Sequence record: MN445183.1
Strand: one strand, 5' to 3'
Length of the DNA stretch: 64,000 nucleotides
Of the stretch, positions 46,528 to 55,715 are shown in pieces. The notes under the pieces are model-generated. The model made no database searches, was not told the DNA's origin, and saw only the letters and a program-made list of their open reading frames with translations. Both the position numbers and the translations under genes were made by a program. Every line of letters begins with the position of its first letter. Within the stretch, counting starts at the first letter, position 1.

Positions 46528-47916
46528 ATGAGCTTATCTTTTGGTGATGTAATCGAGCAATCGAAGCCGATACGTCCGATGCTAAACATTGGCGCTGGCT
46601 TTGATATCCCGACCGGTAGCTACCGTTTGGGTAAGCATGGCGAGTCCATCCTCAATGGCGGGCTTGCGCCGTTTACAGCCATCGTAGGGAAAGGGAACAC
46701 CTTTAAGACAGCAATTGCCATGTTCATGATGGGGCGAGTGCTGGAACGTTATTCTAACTCTAACGGTCTGCATTACGACACCGAATGTACGTTCAGTCCT
46801 GACCGTATCCTGAGTTTGATGAGCCACCTGGAACCTGGTACGGCACAGGAGTGGATCGACAGTGGTCGTATCTACCTGACCGATGACTCCATCGCAAAAG
46901 GTAACCAGTGGTTTAAGCAGACGGTACAGAACTACGGTGAGATGAAGAAGAAAGACAAATCCACCATTGGTCATTTGCCGTTCGTTGATTCTAAAGGGAA
47001 TTACATCCCTTACCACTATCCAACCATCAACATCGCCGACTCCATGTCAGAGATGAAGTTTGATGATCTGGAAAAGAACTACGCGAAGATGGAAATCGGC
47101 CAGGGCGAAATGCAAACCGAAGCCATGCGTGTATCGAACGCCAAGCGTATGCTGATTGAAAAGACGCAGGGTTATGCTAACGGCGGCGGGTTGTATGTAT
47201 TGATGACCGCGCACCTCGGTAAAGACCTGAACATGGACGGTAAACCACAAGAGAAGAAAATGACCTTCATGAAGCAAGGTGATAAAATCTCTAAGGTACC
47301 GACTCAGATCATGTCTCTGCCGAACAACGCCTGGGAAATCTCTACCGGTACCGTGCTGATCGACCGCAACACCAAAGAGTGGATGTACCCGAAACCGGGT
47401 GACATCGAAACCGCAGGTAACCCCGATCTGTTGACGCTGATTGCGAAGAACCTGCGTGGTAAGAACGGGCCGTCTGGAGTGCCATGGGAATTCGTGATGT
47501 CTCAGTCTGAAGGTCTGTTGCCGTCACTGACTGAATTCAACCACATCAAATCCTGCAACCGTTATGGTCTGGGTGGTAACGATCGTAATTATTATGTTGA
47601 GCTGTGCCCGGATGTCAAACTTATGCGTACCACGGTGCGTGGTAAGATTGATGAGACTCCTGAGCTTCGTCGCGCTTTGGAGATCACCATGGAGATGTGT
47701 CAGATGCGTTATCTGTGGCACACCCGTGATCCGAAGTACAACATGACACCAGAAGAGCTGCGTATTGGGCTCGAAAAGAAAGGGTACAAGTGGGACGTCC
47801 TGCTTAACACCCGCGGCTTCTGGACGTTTGAGGAAGATAAACACCCTCTGCCGTTCTTAAGCACCATGGACTTACTCCGCATGTACCATGACGAGTATCG
47901 TCCGTATTGGATGTAA
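46528..47916 (+). CDS. uvsX: UvsX/RecA-like recombinase (phiKZ-type)
   Basis: GFDIPTG..GG..AIVGKGNTFKT P-loop, YDTE, IADSMS Walker B. Confidence 0.85.
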   Translation: MSLSFGDVIEQSKPIRPMLNIGAGFDIPTGSYRLGKHGESILNGGLAPFTAIVGKGNTFKTAIAMFMMGRVLERYSNSNGLHYDTECTFSPDRILSLMSHLEPGTAQEWIDSGRIYLTDDSIAKGNQWFKQTVQNYGEMKKKDKSTIGHLPFVDSKGNYIPYHYPTINIADSMSEMKFDDLEKNYAKMEIGQGEMQTEAMRVSNAKRMLIEKTQGYANGGGLYVLMTAHLGKDLNMDGKPQEKKMTFMKQGDKISKVPTQIMSLPNNAWEISTGTVLIDRNTKEWMYPKPGDIETAGNPDLLTLIAKNLRGKNGPSGVPWEFVMSQSEGLLPSLTEFNHIKSCNRYGLGGNDRNYYVELCPDVKLMRTTVRGKIDETPELRRALEITMEMCQMRYLWHTRDPKYNMTPEELRIGLEKKGYKWDVLLNTRGFWTFEEDKHPLPFLSTMDLLRMYHDEYRPYWM

Positions 47917-48006
47917 CTTTTGTCCGTGCGCTAAAATGGGGGCGGGGTTTCCTGCCTCCTCCTATTACGCCGGTTGGGAAAAGCAAGTTGGTTGGGAAAG
48001 ACTACT

Positions 48007-48423
48007 ATGTTAAATAAAGAAGTACGTATAGTCGTTGCCGGCGTTAAGGGATTCCACGATAAGGAACGTTTAAAGCTGGCACTTGATTCACTCATCTGCG
48101 ATATCTTCCTCGTCAACGAAGGCGTAGTTGAGGAAGACGAGCTGTTGACGAAAGAGCATGTCGTGCTGATCACCAACGGTGAAATGAAAACGCTGGCAGC
48201 TGAAGTCAAAGAGTACGGCGCTGAAGCCGGGATCGATGTTCAAGAGATTGGCGTCGAATGGGACCGTGGTAAGAAAGCGTTCTTTGATAACTGTGGTATT
48301 TTGGGGATGCGTTCTACCCACGCGCTTATTTTCACCAACCACAACGATGAAGGAATGTCGACCTTAACGAAGAGCTGCCTGGAAAACGGGAGCCGCGTAC
48401 GAGTGTTCGCTACCGCCATCTAA
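48007..48423 (+). CDS. Degenerate YspA/SLOG-like protein (start revised to ATG 48007)
   Basis: RIVVAG.KGF.D..LITNG..EW..ALIF pattern parallels the SLOG domain at 49915..50309. Confidence 0.65.
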   Translation: MLNKEVRIVVAGVKGFHDKERLKLALDSLICDIFLVNEGVVEEDELLTKEHVVLITNGEMKTLAAEVKEYGAEAGIDVQEIGVEWDRGKKAFFDNCGILGMRSTHALIFTNHNDEGMSTLTKSCLENGSRVRVFATAI

Positions 48424-48432
48424 GGACACATC

Positions 48433-49305
48433 ATGATCGTATCGGAATCACACATCGGCATTCTGGATGTACCAGTCAGTCATGTCATTTGCACCGTCAA
48501 TACTGAAGGGCATATGGGACGTGGCATTGCGCTGTATCTTCGGAAGTGTGTTCCAGGACTCTACGACGCATACCGTGAACAGTGCAAACAAAAACAATTA
48601 CTGGTCGACACGTTATGGGTTTACGAGAACAACGAACCAAAGATTCTTTGCTTTCCAACGAAAGACAAAACTTGGGAAGACAGCAGGGTTGAGTGGATTG
48701 ATGCCAACCTGCGCAAGCTTCGCGATACCTACAAGGAATTGGGTATCACGAGCGTTGCAATGCCACCGCTTGGCTGTGGCAACGGTAACCTTAAATGGGA
48801 GGACGTTCGTCCTCTCGTTTATGCCATTTTGGGTGATTGCGACCTTCAGGTGCATATCTGTTTAGGGAAGCGTTTACCGGTTGCCGCAGAAGACGGCGAC
48901 AAACACATTAACATCTGGACCAAAGGTAAGACCTCTGTTGGGCGTAAACTAAGCAACTTATCACCACACGGTTTTCTACACGAAGACCATGGTTGGTTTG
49001 AATGCTTGGAAGGTTACTGGTATTGGCTGGCCACCGGCTGTAAACATGAACAGTTTAAAAGCATGAACGGCTGGGAAGCGAAGTCGATAGGGTCAAAGAT
49101 GGATCGAGTGGAGATGCCTGATTTCCAAGTGCGATTCAAAGAAGGGATGCGACTACGCCTAGAACAAAACCAGGCACTGCGTCAAGAGTTGATCACTTCA
49201 ACATTACCGTTTGAACACTATTACGTTTACGGTGATCACGACACGGGTAAGGTGGTTGATGTCAAAGCACGGCATCAGTGGCAGCTCGACTTCTACGATG
49301 AATAA
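48433..49305 (+). CDS. DarG-like macrodomain fused to a NADAR-like domain (truncated at the duplication junction)
   Basis: CTVNTEGHMGRGIAL..FPTK..AMPPLGCGNGNL.W macro motifs; LSNL..F..LEGYW..AK..G..QNQ.LR.EL NADAR-like; TAA created at the repeat junction. Confidence 0.85.
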   Translation: MIVSESHIGILDVPVSHVICTVNTEGHMGRGIALYLRKCVPGLYDAYREQCKQKQLLVDTLWVYENNEPKILCFPTKDKTWEDSRVEWIDANLRKLRDTYKELGITSVAMPPLGCGNGNLKWEDVRPLVYAILGDCDLQVHICLGKRLPVAAEDGDKHINIWTKGKTSVGRKLSNLSPHGFLHEDHGWFECLEGYWYWLATGCKHEQFKSMNGWEAKSIGSKMDRVEMPDFQVRFKEGMRLRLEQNQALRQELITSTLPFEHYYVYGDHDTGKVVDVKARHQWQLDFYDE

Positions 49306-49894
49306 AGCTTCGCGATACCTACAAGGAATTGGGTATCACGAGCGTTGCAATTCCACCGCTTGGCTGTGGCAACGGTAACCTTAAATGGGAGGACGTTCGT
49401 CCTCTCGTTTATGCCATTTTGGGTGATTGCGACGTTCATGCGCATATCTGTTTAGGGAAGCGTCTACCGGTTGCCGCAGAAGACGGAGACAAACACATTA
49501 ACCTCCGGACCAAAGGCAAGACCTCTGTTGGGCGTACACTAAGCAACTTATCACCACACGGTTTTCTACACGAAGACCATGGTTGGTTTGAATGCTTGGA
49601 AGGTTACTGGTATTGGCTGGCCACCGGCTGTAAACATGAACAGTTTAAAAGCATGAACGGCTGGGAAGCGAAGTCGATAGGGTCAAAGATGGATCGAGTG
49701 GAGATGCCTGATTTCCAAGTGCGATTCAAAGAAGGGATGCGACTACGCCTAGAACAAAACCAGGCACTGCGTCAAGAGTTGATCACTTCAACATTACCGT
49801 TTGAACACTATTACGTTTACGGTGATCACGACACGGGTAAGGTGGTTGATGTCAAAGCACGGCATCAGTGGCAGCTCGACTTCTACGATGAATA
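48715..49894 (+). repeat. 590-bp direct tandem duplication (48715-49304 and 49305-49894)
   Basis: By-eye comparison: 10 substitutions, all in the first ~235 bp; the rest identical; each copy starts with AAGCTT. Confidence 0.95.
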
Positions 49895-50309
49895 CCGCAA
49901 GGCGGCACAAATGGACCATAAAGTCATGAACGTATTAATTGCAGGTGGCCGGACGTTCAATAACTATCTGGCATTTAAGCAAGTAGTCAAAGAACAACTC
50001 GAGCATTTTGAAACGCCGTTCGACGGGGATTATGATATCAACCTCATTACCGGGATGGCGCACAGCGGTCCTGATAACATGGCCATCCAATATGCCCGTG
50101 AATTTGGTTGTCAGTTAACCGGTTGGCCTGCGCTGTGGGACAAGTATCAGAAACGCGCCGGGATGATTCGCAATCATCACATGTCAAAGCAAGACTTGCA
50201 TTATGCGATCATCTTCTGGGACGGGGAAAGCCACGGTACCAAAAACATGATCGAACTCCTGGCCAAGAATAATATAGCCCATTTTATCTATATTTATCCC
50301 AAGGAGTAA
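49329..50309 (+). CDS. Macro C-fragment, NADAR-like domain and YspA/SLOG domain (second half of the duplicated gene)
   Basis: TTG start with no strong SD; VLIAGGRTF..ITG.A..G.D..W....AGMIRN..FWDGES.GT..MI SLOG motif. Confidence 0.7.
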   Translation: MGITSVAIPPLGCGNGNLKWEDVRPLVYAILGDCDVHAHICLGKRLPVAAEDGDKHINLRTKGKTSVGRTLSNLSPHGFLHEDHGWFECLEGYWYWLATGCKHEQFKSMNGWEAKSIGSKMDRVEMPDFQVRFKEGMRLRLEQNQALRQELITSTLPFEHYYVYGDHDTGKVVDVKARHQWQLDFYDEYRKAAQMDHKVMNVLIAGGRTFNNYLAFKQVVKEQLEHFETPFDGDYDINLITGMAHSGPDNMAIQYAREFGCQLTGWPALWDKYQKRAGMIRNHHMSKQDLHYAIIFWDGESHGTKNMIELLAKNNIAHFIYIYPKE

Positions 50310-50314
50310 TCGGC

Positions 50315-50983
50315 ATGAACGCAGCACGTGAAGCAGTGCAGAAGTACGTTTCCGATGCCATGGCACAAGTGCTGCCCGGCAATAAGAACCCAGAGATCTA
50401 CGCAGACTTCTTTGCTCGTCTTGATGATGAACAATTTGACAATCTGATGGATCGCTTAGAAAAGGATGAAGAATCGTTTCCGTTCTATCATCCTAACTTC
50501 TCCGGTAAGAATATCGACCTGGAGCATCTGATCGGCCTGATTAAACAGGAAGGCGGTGCGTTCATGGAACAGATCAACATGGTTGATTTCGAAACAGGGC
50601 AGAAGTTCCTGACGCCAATTGAATATCCGATTCTGCGATTGCCGCTGCGTATCCAGCAACAGAAATTGCAGAAGAAGATGTCAGTACCAAAAGACAACAA
50701 GCACGTGGACGACTTGACTGGTCAGCCTACCACAGAATCCAAAGGCTCTGCGATCTCCTATCCGGAAATCCAGATTCTCTATGCCATGGGGTTGAACAAA
50801 ACCATGCAGGAGTTGCTGAAGGTGCGTGGTGGGGATGAAAAGGCGTACCGCGATTACAATAACGAAATCATCGCCACTGGCGGGGTTAATGTCAGCGCCA
50901 TCGCAAGTCAGAAGACCAAAGTGAAATCCGGTAAAACGGTAAGTGCTATTCTGAACGCAATGATGCTGAGCAACAACATGTAA
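50315..50983 (+). CDS. Split multisubunit phage (virion-type) RNA polymerase beta subunit, C-terminal part
   Basis: QKLQKK..DDLTGQP..SKGS.IS.PE..LYAMG....QELL.VRGGD aligns with the RpoB C-terminal LVTQQP..GEMEV.AL.AYGA..LQE..T.KSDD segment. Confidence 0.85.
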   Translation: MNAAREAVQKYVSDAMAQVLPGNKNPEIYADFFARLDDEQFDNLMDRLEKDEESFPFYHPNFSGKNIDLEHLIGLIKQEGGAFMEQINMVDFETGQKFLTPIEYPILRLPLRIQQQKLQKKMSVPKDNKHVDDLTGQPTTESKGSAISYPEIQILYAMGLNKTMQELLKVRGGDEKAYRDYNNEIIATGGVNVSAIASQKTKVKSGKTVSAILNAMMLSNNM

Positions 50984-50993
50984 TGGAGTTGCC

Positions 50994-51584
50994 ATGGGTG
51001 GTAGTAAACTTACTAATTTCGTCTCGGCCTTATCCGGCGGTAAGGCGGCGGATGTTTCCGTATTAGAAATGGATGCCGCGGCACAAGAGGTCTGCGAGGA
51101 GTACGTGGACACTTGGATCAAAAGCCGTATTCGTCACAACCTGGCTCAGAAGCGTCCGGTGAAAGATGACGCGGTGTACGTGTCAGTGGTGGAGTTTGTC
51201 ACCGCTATAGGCACGGCATTTTTCTATCCGCGTCTGTGGACCGAAGCCGGGATCAAACAACAGATCTGGGAATCCATGCAGGCTAAGCAAGAACGTTTGG
51301 AATTTGTTTATCGCGGGGCGTCTCTACTGCACGCAAAGGTCTTTGGATCAAAAGCCAACGACACGCAGAACGTGGGGTTCCAAACACTGGTGAAACATCT
51401 GTGTGACAGCCTGTGTATCATGTCGTCAACGGATAGTAGTCTGGTAACGCAAGAGGTGCGTGAGGTCTTTCCAACGTACAATACGTTACAGCAAATGTTT
51501 ACTGAAAACCCGTGGCTAACGTTCATTTACTATATTGGCCGCATCGATATGTTTGAGCTTATCGAGAAGGGGACTAGTTCATGA
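50994..51584 (+). CDS. Hypothetical protein (jumbo core region)
   Basis: 196 aa, GGAG SD. Confidence 0.75.
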   Translation: MGGSKLTNFVSALSGGKAADVSVLEMDAAAQEVCEEYVDTWIKSRIRHNLAQKRPVKDDAVYVSVVEFVTAIGTAFFYPRLWTEAGIKQQIWESMQAKQERLEFVYRGASLLHAKVFGSKANDTQNVGFQTLVKHLCDSLCIMSSTDSSLVTQEVREVFPTYNTLQQMFTENPWLTFIYYIGRIDMFELIEKGTSS

Positions 51585-52306
51585 GTGAAAACACAAAGTG
51601 TCTGGTGCAGCTTGATGCGCTGATGGACACCCGCCTGGGAACGCTTAAACGTCTTAGCCCGGATGGTGCGGAACTGATTCGCACCACCTGGTATCATAAG
51701 CGCACCTCAGATCAATTCGATCGCAATGGGTCGAAGATCAATCAGGCGGCATATACGGCGCTTTACAGCGCCCGTGATGAAGAGACGTTAAAACTGTCGA
51801 TGATGACACAGCTGCCGAAGTACCTGATGACGTTGATTGCACGTCTGACCAGCACACAAGGCATGCCGTTATTGTCCCAGCAGTTTAAGATTGATATCAA
51901 CTACTATCCGTATGAATTGTCTGAGCAAGTACTGACAGCAATTCAGGTAGCGATGGAAACCTATACCAACGGTGCGGCAGAAATCAACATGGTGTATTAT
52001 GCGCCAGAAGATCTGACGGTCACCATGGTGAAGTCTTGCTATGACATTGTGTTCTTGTATGACTTTAATGAGTGGTTAATGCAGCACACGAAGGAGTTTG
52101 AGAAAGCACAGATTCCGGAAGTGCGCATGGTGGCGCCGAAGCTGTACTTGAAGGATGTGCCTTCCCAGTTACTGGAGAAGGTGAATCATGAAGAGTATGT
52201 GTGGGAGCAGATGTCGATGGTCTTTATGGGGTTGGTCGGCGTGGTGTTCATGGACGCGAATCTGTATTCGATCGTCACAGACACACCACCCGACCTGGAT
52301 CCCTGA
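51581..52306 (+). CDS. Conserved jumbo-phage-type hypothetical protein
   Basis: 241 aa; LVQLDALMDTRLGTL N-motif; coupled start. Confidence 0.75.
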   Translation: MSENTKCLVQLDALMDTRLGTLKRLSPDGAELIRTTWYHKRTSDQFDRNGSKINQAAYTALYSARDEETLKLSMMTQLPKYLMTLIARLTSTQGMPLLSQQFKIDINYYPYELSEQVLTAIQVAMETYTNGAAEINMVYYAPEDLTVTMVKSCYDIVFLYDFNEWLMQHTKEFEKAQIPEVRMVAPKLYLKDVPSQLLEKVNHEEYVWEQMSMVFMGLVGVVFMDANLYSIVTDTPPDLDP

Positions 52307-52747
52307 TTAGGACCGCTTGGCCATGATGTCATCGTATTCGATGTGTTCAACGCCAATGTGGGCTTCCTGATCGGAGATTGTGGTTTGCGGTAACATGTTT
52401 AACTGCGGGGCAGGTGCGGCGGGTTGGTCCGTCGTACCGGTTCCGTCCGCCAGCGCCATGCCGCCTTTTTCCATGATAAGGTTGATCGCGCCCGCAATCT
52501 GTTTCTGGAAATCGCCTTCGTTTTCTTGTGCCTGTTTGTCAAGGTCAAGGCGACGCTGTTTCTGGATCGAGTTGTCGACCCCATCCATTGCGGTCAGGGC
52601 AACGCGCAACATCTTAGGATCTTTATCAACGATACGTTCGCCGGGGTTCTCAGCAGGAGCATCCATTACCCCTTCAATGATGTTCATGCGATATCGTTGC
52701 ATTTTATTAATCAGCACGTCATCGCTGTCAAGAGCAATATTACTCAT
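52307..52747 (-). CDS. Hypothetical protein
   Basis: 146 aa, GGAGG SD, acidic. Confidence 0.75.
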   Translation of the reverse strand: MSNIALDSDDVLINKMQRYRMNIIEGVMDAPAENPGERIVDKDPKMLRVALTAMDGVDNSIQKQRRLDLDKQAQENEGDFQKQIAGAINLIMEKGGMALADGTGTTDQPAAPAPQLNMLPQTTISDQEAHIGVEHIEYDDIMAKRS

Positions 52748-52769
52748 ACTTCCTCCAAGAAATTTCAGG

Positions 52770-52788
52770 ACTATATTACTAAAGTGAA
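52770..52788 (+). promoter_or_regulatory. Phage early-promoter-like motif
   Basis: TTTCAGG-ACTATATTACTAAAGTGAA contains an exact TATATTAC; divergent junction. Confidence 0.7.
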
Positions 52789-52813
52789 TGTGGAACTGAA
52801 TTAAGGACTTCCC

Positions 52814-53338
52814 ATGCGGTTCTTAAAACGCTTTGTATTAAAACGTCTGCTTTCTGGTCTTGAAAATGCACGACGTGACAGTTATAAAACTGAAGATGGC
52901 TTACGCGCACTGACTATGCTGCGGAAAGTCATTAACAGTGACAATCCCATAGAATACTTTAGCATACGCTTTATGTTGGACGTGCGTATGCGAGTACAGA
53001 CCCACTGTGCGGTCCACTTGTTAGAGACGGTTACCGAAATTAACAAGAACCTCATGGAGGGTTCTGGATCACTGCCGGAACCCCGCATCATCTATAGACA
53101 CTTGCAGGATGTGCGAACCATGACGCTGTATGATTGGTTGGTGGATGAAGATAATAATGTGCTCGATGTGCCTGAGTTCTATTCTTCCTTTACCCAGCAA
53201 TTGAATCTACTGTGTGATTTGGTGTTCCAGGTGGATGATATTGACCGCGACTATATCCTGCGAAAACTAACACCGCTGTACACGGAACTGTTAATAGTTT
53301 TTGCAGGCACGTTAGAGTGTGGTTTACGTAGCACCTGA
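52814..53338 (+). CDS. Hypothetical protein
   Basis: 174 aa, TAAGGA SD. Confidence 0.75.
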   Translation: MRFLKRFVLKRLLSGLENARRDSYKTEDGLRALTMLRKVINSDNPIEYFSIRFMLDVRMRVQTHCAVHLLETVTEINKNLMEGSGSLPEPRIIYRHLQDVRTMTLYDWLVDEDNNVLDVPEFYSSFTQQLNLLCDLVFQVDDIDRDYILRKLTPLYTELLIVFAGTLECGLRST

Positions 53339-53352
53339 ATGGAGTATACTCG

Positions 53353-53817
53353 TTGGAAATCAAGAGACCAAAAGAGGAGCTGGAAGAACTCCTTACTGAC
53401 CCCAGTAAGAAGAGCTATTCTACTCCACATCATCTCTTGCGGATTTGGCGTGAATTCCTATCAGCTGAGCAGGTGACGCAGGCTAAGTGGACGCGTTTAG
53501 TCATGGAGCACATCAATAAGCTGAAACGAATAAAGCCAATGAGCGCGCAAGATATCGGCACAGCACGAGGCAATCTGGTAAAGCTGTTTATCGCGAAACC
53601 CAGCATGTCTTTCGGAGCTCTGTTACGTGGCTTGGAGTTCTTAGGATACTCCTCGGTACGGATACAGATAACTGGCATTCGACCGGATGGGACGGAGGTT
53701 ACTAACTCCGCAACTATTCCGATAGCCAAACGTCGAATGTTCGGTGAGGCCGCGACACCAACCCCGGAGGAGTCAACGACGTCGGATTCTTCTGAGGATG
53801 TGAAAGAAGTAAAATGA
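53353..53817 (+). CDS. Hypothetical protein
   Basis: 154 aa, TTG start after GGAG. Confidence 0.65.
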   Translation: MEIKRPKEELEELLTDPSKKSYSTPHHLLRIWREFLSAEQVTQAKWTRLVMEHINKLKRIKPMSAQDIGTARGNLVKLFIAKPSMSFGALLRGLEFLGYSSVRIQITGIRPDGTEVTNSATIPIAKRRMFGEAATPTPEESTTSDSSEDVKEVK

Positions 53818-53824
53818 TATAGCC

Positions 53825-53859
53825 GGTGGGGAGACGTCCCCACCACTATCTTTTTTTTT
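53825..53859 (+). terminator. Rho-independent terminator
   Basis: GGTGGGGA/TCCCCACC stem and a 9-T run. Confidence 0.8.
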
Positions 53860-53875
53860 GGTTTCCGGAGGCATC

Positions 53876-54943
53876 ATGGCTGTCGATATTAGCAACTCGA
53901 TCAGTAGCGCGATGAAACAAGCGGGTTCGTTAAGCACCAACGCGGTGTCGAAAGCAACGTCGATGTTTACTGGCGGCCTGCAGGAGAACCTGGCACTTGT
54001 CGACTCCGCGGCAAAGAGCGGAGTTGCCAGTCTTAACGCGTTTAAAGATTCACAGATCAATGCCCTGAGCGGATTCATTAAAAAGGTCTCCGGCGGTGCG
54101 TTGTCGATCAGTGAGCTGACCAGCTACATTGATATTCGTAATGGTTTCAAGATTGACTACATGGGTCTGGGTAAACGTTTAGGTGAAGCTGCGGGTTTCC
54201 CTATTGACTCCGTCCTGAACATGACCAATGATATCAAACAACAGGCGATGGATCTGTTGGATGCATATCAGAACAAAAACTACTTAGGTATCCTCAACGG
54301 CCTGGGTATTGAAATCGGTACAATGGACGGTTCGTATGAACTGACCAGTATGTTAACCGATCTGCTGAGTCGCTATTCAGCAGAAGACAGTGACTTCAGT
54401 TCGTATGTCGACCGTACGGCTCAGGTGGCGTTCTTAAACGTCATGTTGCAATATACCGTCTCAGCGGGCCTGTGGGAAGGTATTGACACTTTGTTAGCCC
54501 AATACACCGTGAAGGAGGATGGGCTCAGCGCGTTGGCTAACAGCGCGTCCTATGCGGTAAATAACGGTGATGTCTACACCTTGCGTGCCATTGTCGACCG
54601 TGTAGGGGTTGCGCGTGTTAAAGCATTGAACCCTACGGTGGTTGCTTCTTTGTTGCAGAACTTCCGCTTCAAAGCCAACACCACCAGCGATCAGTATCCT
54701 GATTATCGTACCCGTCTGATTGGTTTACTTAATCTGTTAGAACCTGGCTGGGACACAAAGAAGTTTGGTTCTATTACCGCTAAGAAGTTGGAACCGTTCG
54801 TAACCTGTTCAACTGATGTGGTAACCCTGTTGCAGTACGACCCTCGATATCGCGAACAAGTGTTGGTGGCGAAGTTATACCCGAAAGCAGATCTCATGGA
54901 TCTGTTAAAAGCCAACTACACGAATTTGGCGATTGTGCAATAA
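53876..54943 (+). CDS. Probable virion structural protein (start revised to ATG 53876)
   Basis: GGAGG SD; 355 aa; core-region context. Confidence 0.65.
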   Translation: MAVDISNSISSAMKQAGSLSTNAVSKATSMFTGGLQENLALVDSAAKSGVASLNAFKDSQINALSGFIKKVSGGALSISELTSYIDIRNGFKIDYMGLGKRLGEAAGFPIDSVLNMTNDIKQQAMDLLDAYQNKNYLGILNGLGIEIGTMDGSYELTSMLTDLLSRYSAEDSDFSSYVDRTAQVAFLNVMLQYTVSAGLWEGIDTLLAQYTVKEDGLSALANSASYAVNNGDVYTLRAIVDRVGVARVKALNPTVVASLLQNFRFKANTTSDQYPDYRTRLIGLLNLLEPGWDTKKFGSITAKKLEPFVTCSTDVVTLLQYDPRYREQVLVAKLYPKADLMDLLKANYTNLAIVQ

Positions 54944-54946
54944 CCA

Positions 54947-54983
54947 GCATAAAAGGCAGGGGCTGATCCCCTGCCCTTATGCC
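54947..54983. terminator. Bidirectional hairpin with GCATAA/CTTATGCC flanks
   Basis: GGCAGGGG/CCCCTGCC stem between convergent genes. Confidence 0.85.
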
Positions 54984-54986
54984 ATC

Positions 54987-55691
54987 TTAAGACACGAGCT
55001 CTAATACCGGCCGCCAGCCATACTGTGACGAGGTGGTTGATTTACCCGTCTCGCCGCTGGAGTTGGTGGCGTCATTGCTATCGCCACGGTAGAGGTACCC
55101 AATAGTTCCAGACGCTATGAATAATTCCATACATATAGTGCTGCGACCATTCTCGTTAACCCCCATCCCCAGATCTGCATACGTGAAGTTATCCCATTTT
55201 ACCCCACCAGTTACCTGCTGACCAGAAATTGCAGGTGACAACACACTGTAAATCAAACGATTCCATTCCGAATTATCTGTCTTTACAGGCACTGCTTGCG
55301 AATCCCCATTAAGACCTTTGATCGACCTCAGCAGATAGTCATACTTCCCAATGGTTATTGACTTGCCTGTTAATCTGTTATTGCTAGTCGCTGTCGTGTT
55401 CACCCCATCCCAGCTTACGTAATACTTAAATGGTTTTTTAGCAACGTAGATAATTTTACCGTCAATTAAAAACTTTAACCAACCGGCATTGTAGTTAGCG
55501 ATGATATTGGTCCCGCTAAACGCCGGTAAGGCGGCGATTAGATCCCCGCCAGTGATTAGATCACTCGCAGGCACCAAGCCGTAATAACCCGCCAATTGCC
55601 CAGAACCTTTGCTGTACGAGTAAAGTAATGTGTCGCCACCCGGCACGCCGCCAGATGCTTTCTTAACACCGCCCACCAATATTTCAAACAT
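54987..55691 (-). CDS. Putative virion structural protein, MxE-tag plus paralogous domain (start revised to ATG 55691)
   Basis: MFEILVGG after GGGGAG SD; GYYGLVP..GWLKF.IDGKIIYVAKKP..WRPVLELV. Confidence 0.75.
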   Translation of the reverse strand: MFEILVGGVKKASGGVPGGDTLLYSYSKGSGQLAGYYGLVPASDLITGGDLIAALPAFSGTNIIANYNAGWLKFLIDGKIIYVAKKPFKYYVSWDGVNTTATSNNRLTGKSITIGKYDYLLRSIKGLNGDSQAVPVKTDNSEWNRLIYSVLSPAISGQQVTGGVKWDNFTYADLGMGVNENGRSTICMELFIASGTIGYLYRGDSNDATNSSGETGKSTTSSQYGWRPVLELVS

Positions 55692-55715
55692 ACTGACTCC
55701 CCTGATGGCGACAAA

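Noticed and set aside
47982-48000. Short GGTTGGGAAA direct repeat upstream of the SLOG gene
   Set aside because: Only two 10-bp copies and not seen elsewhere; insufficient evidence for an operator
48715-49894. 590-bp near-identical repeat pair as a diversity-generating retroelement TR/VR
   Set aside because: The 10 differences are not adenine-specific on either strand, the copies are directly adjacent, and no reverse transcriptase is present in the window
9553-54983. Recurrent GCATAA-hairpin-TTATGC elements as CRISPR repeats or REP/MITE elements
   Set aside because: They are single, widely dispersed, have unrelated stem sequences, and sit at gene ends as terminators do; there are no spacers or cas genes
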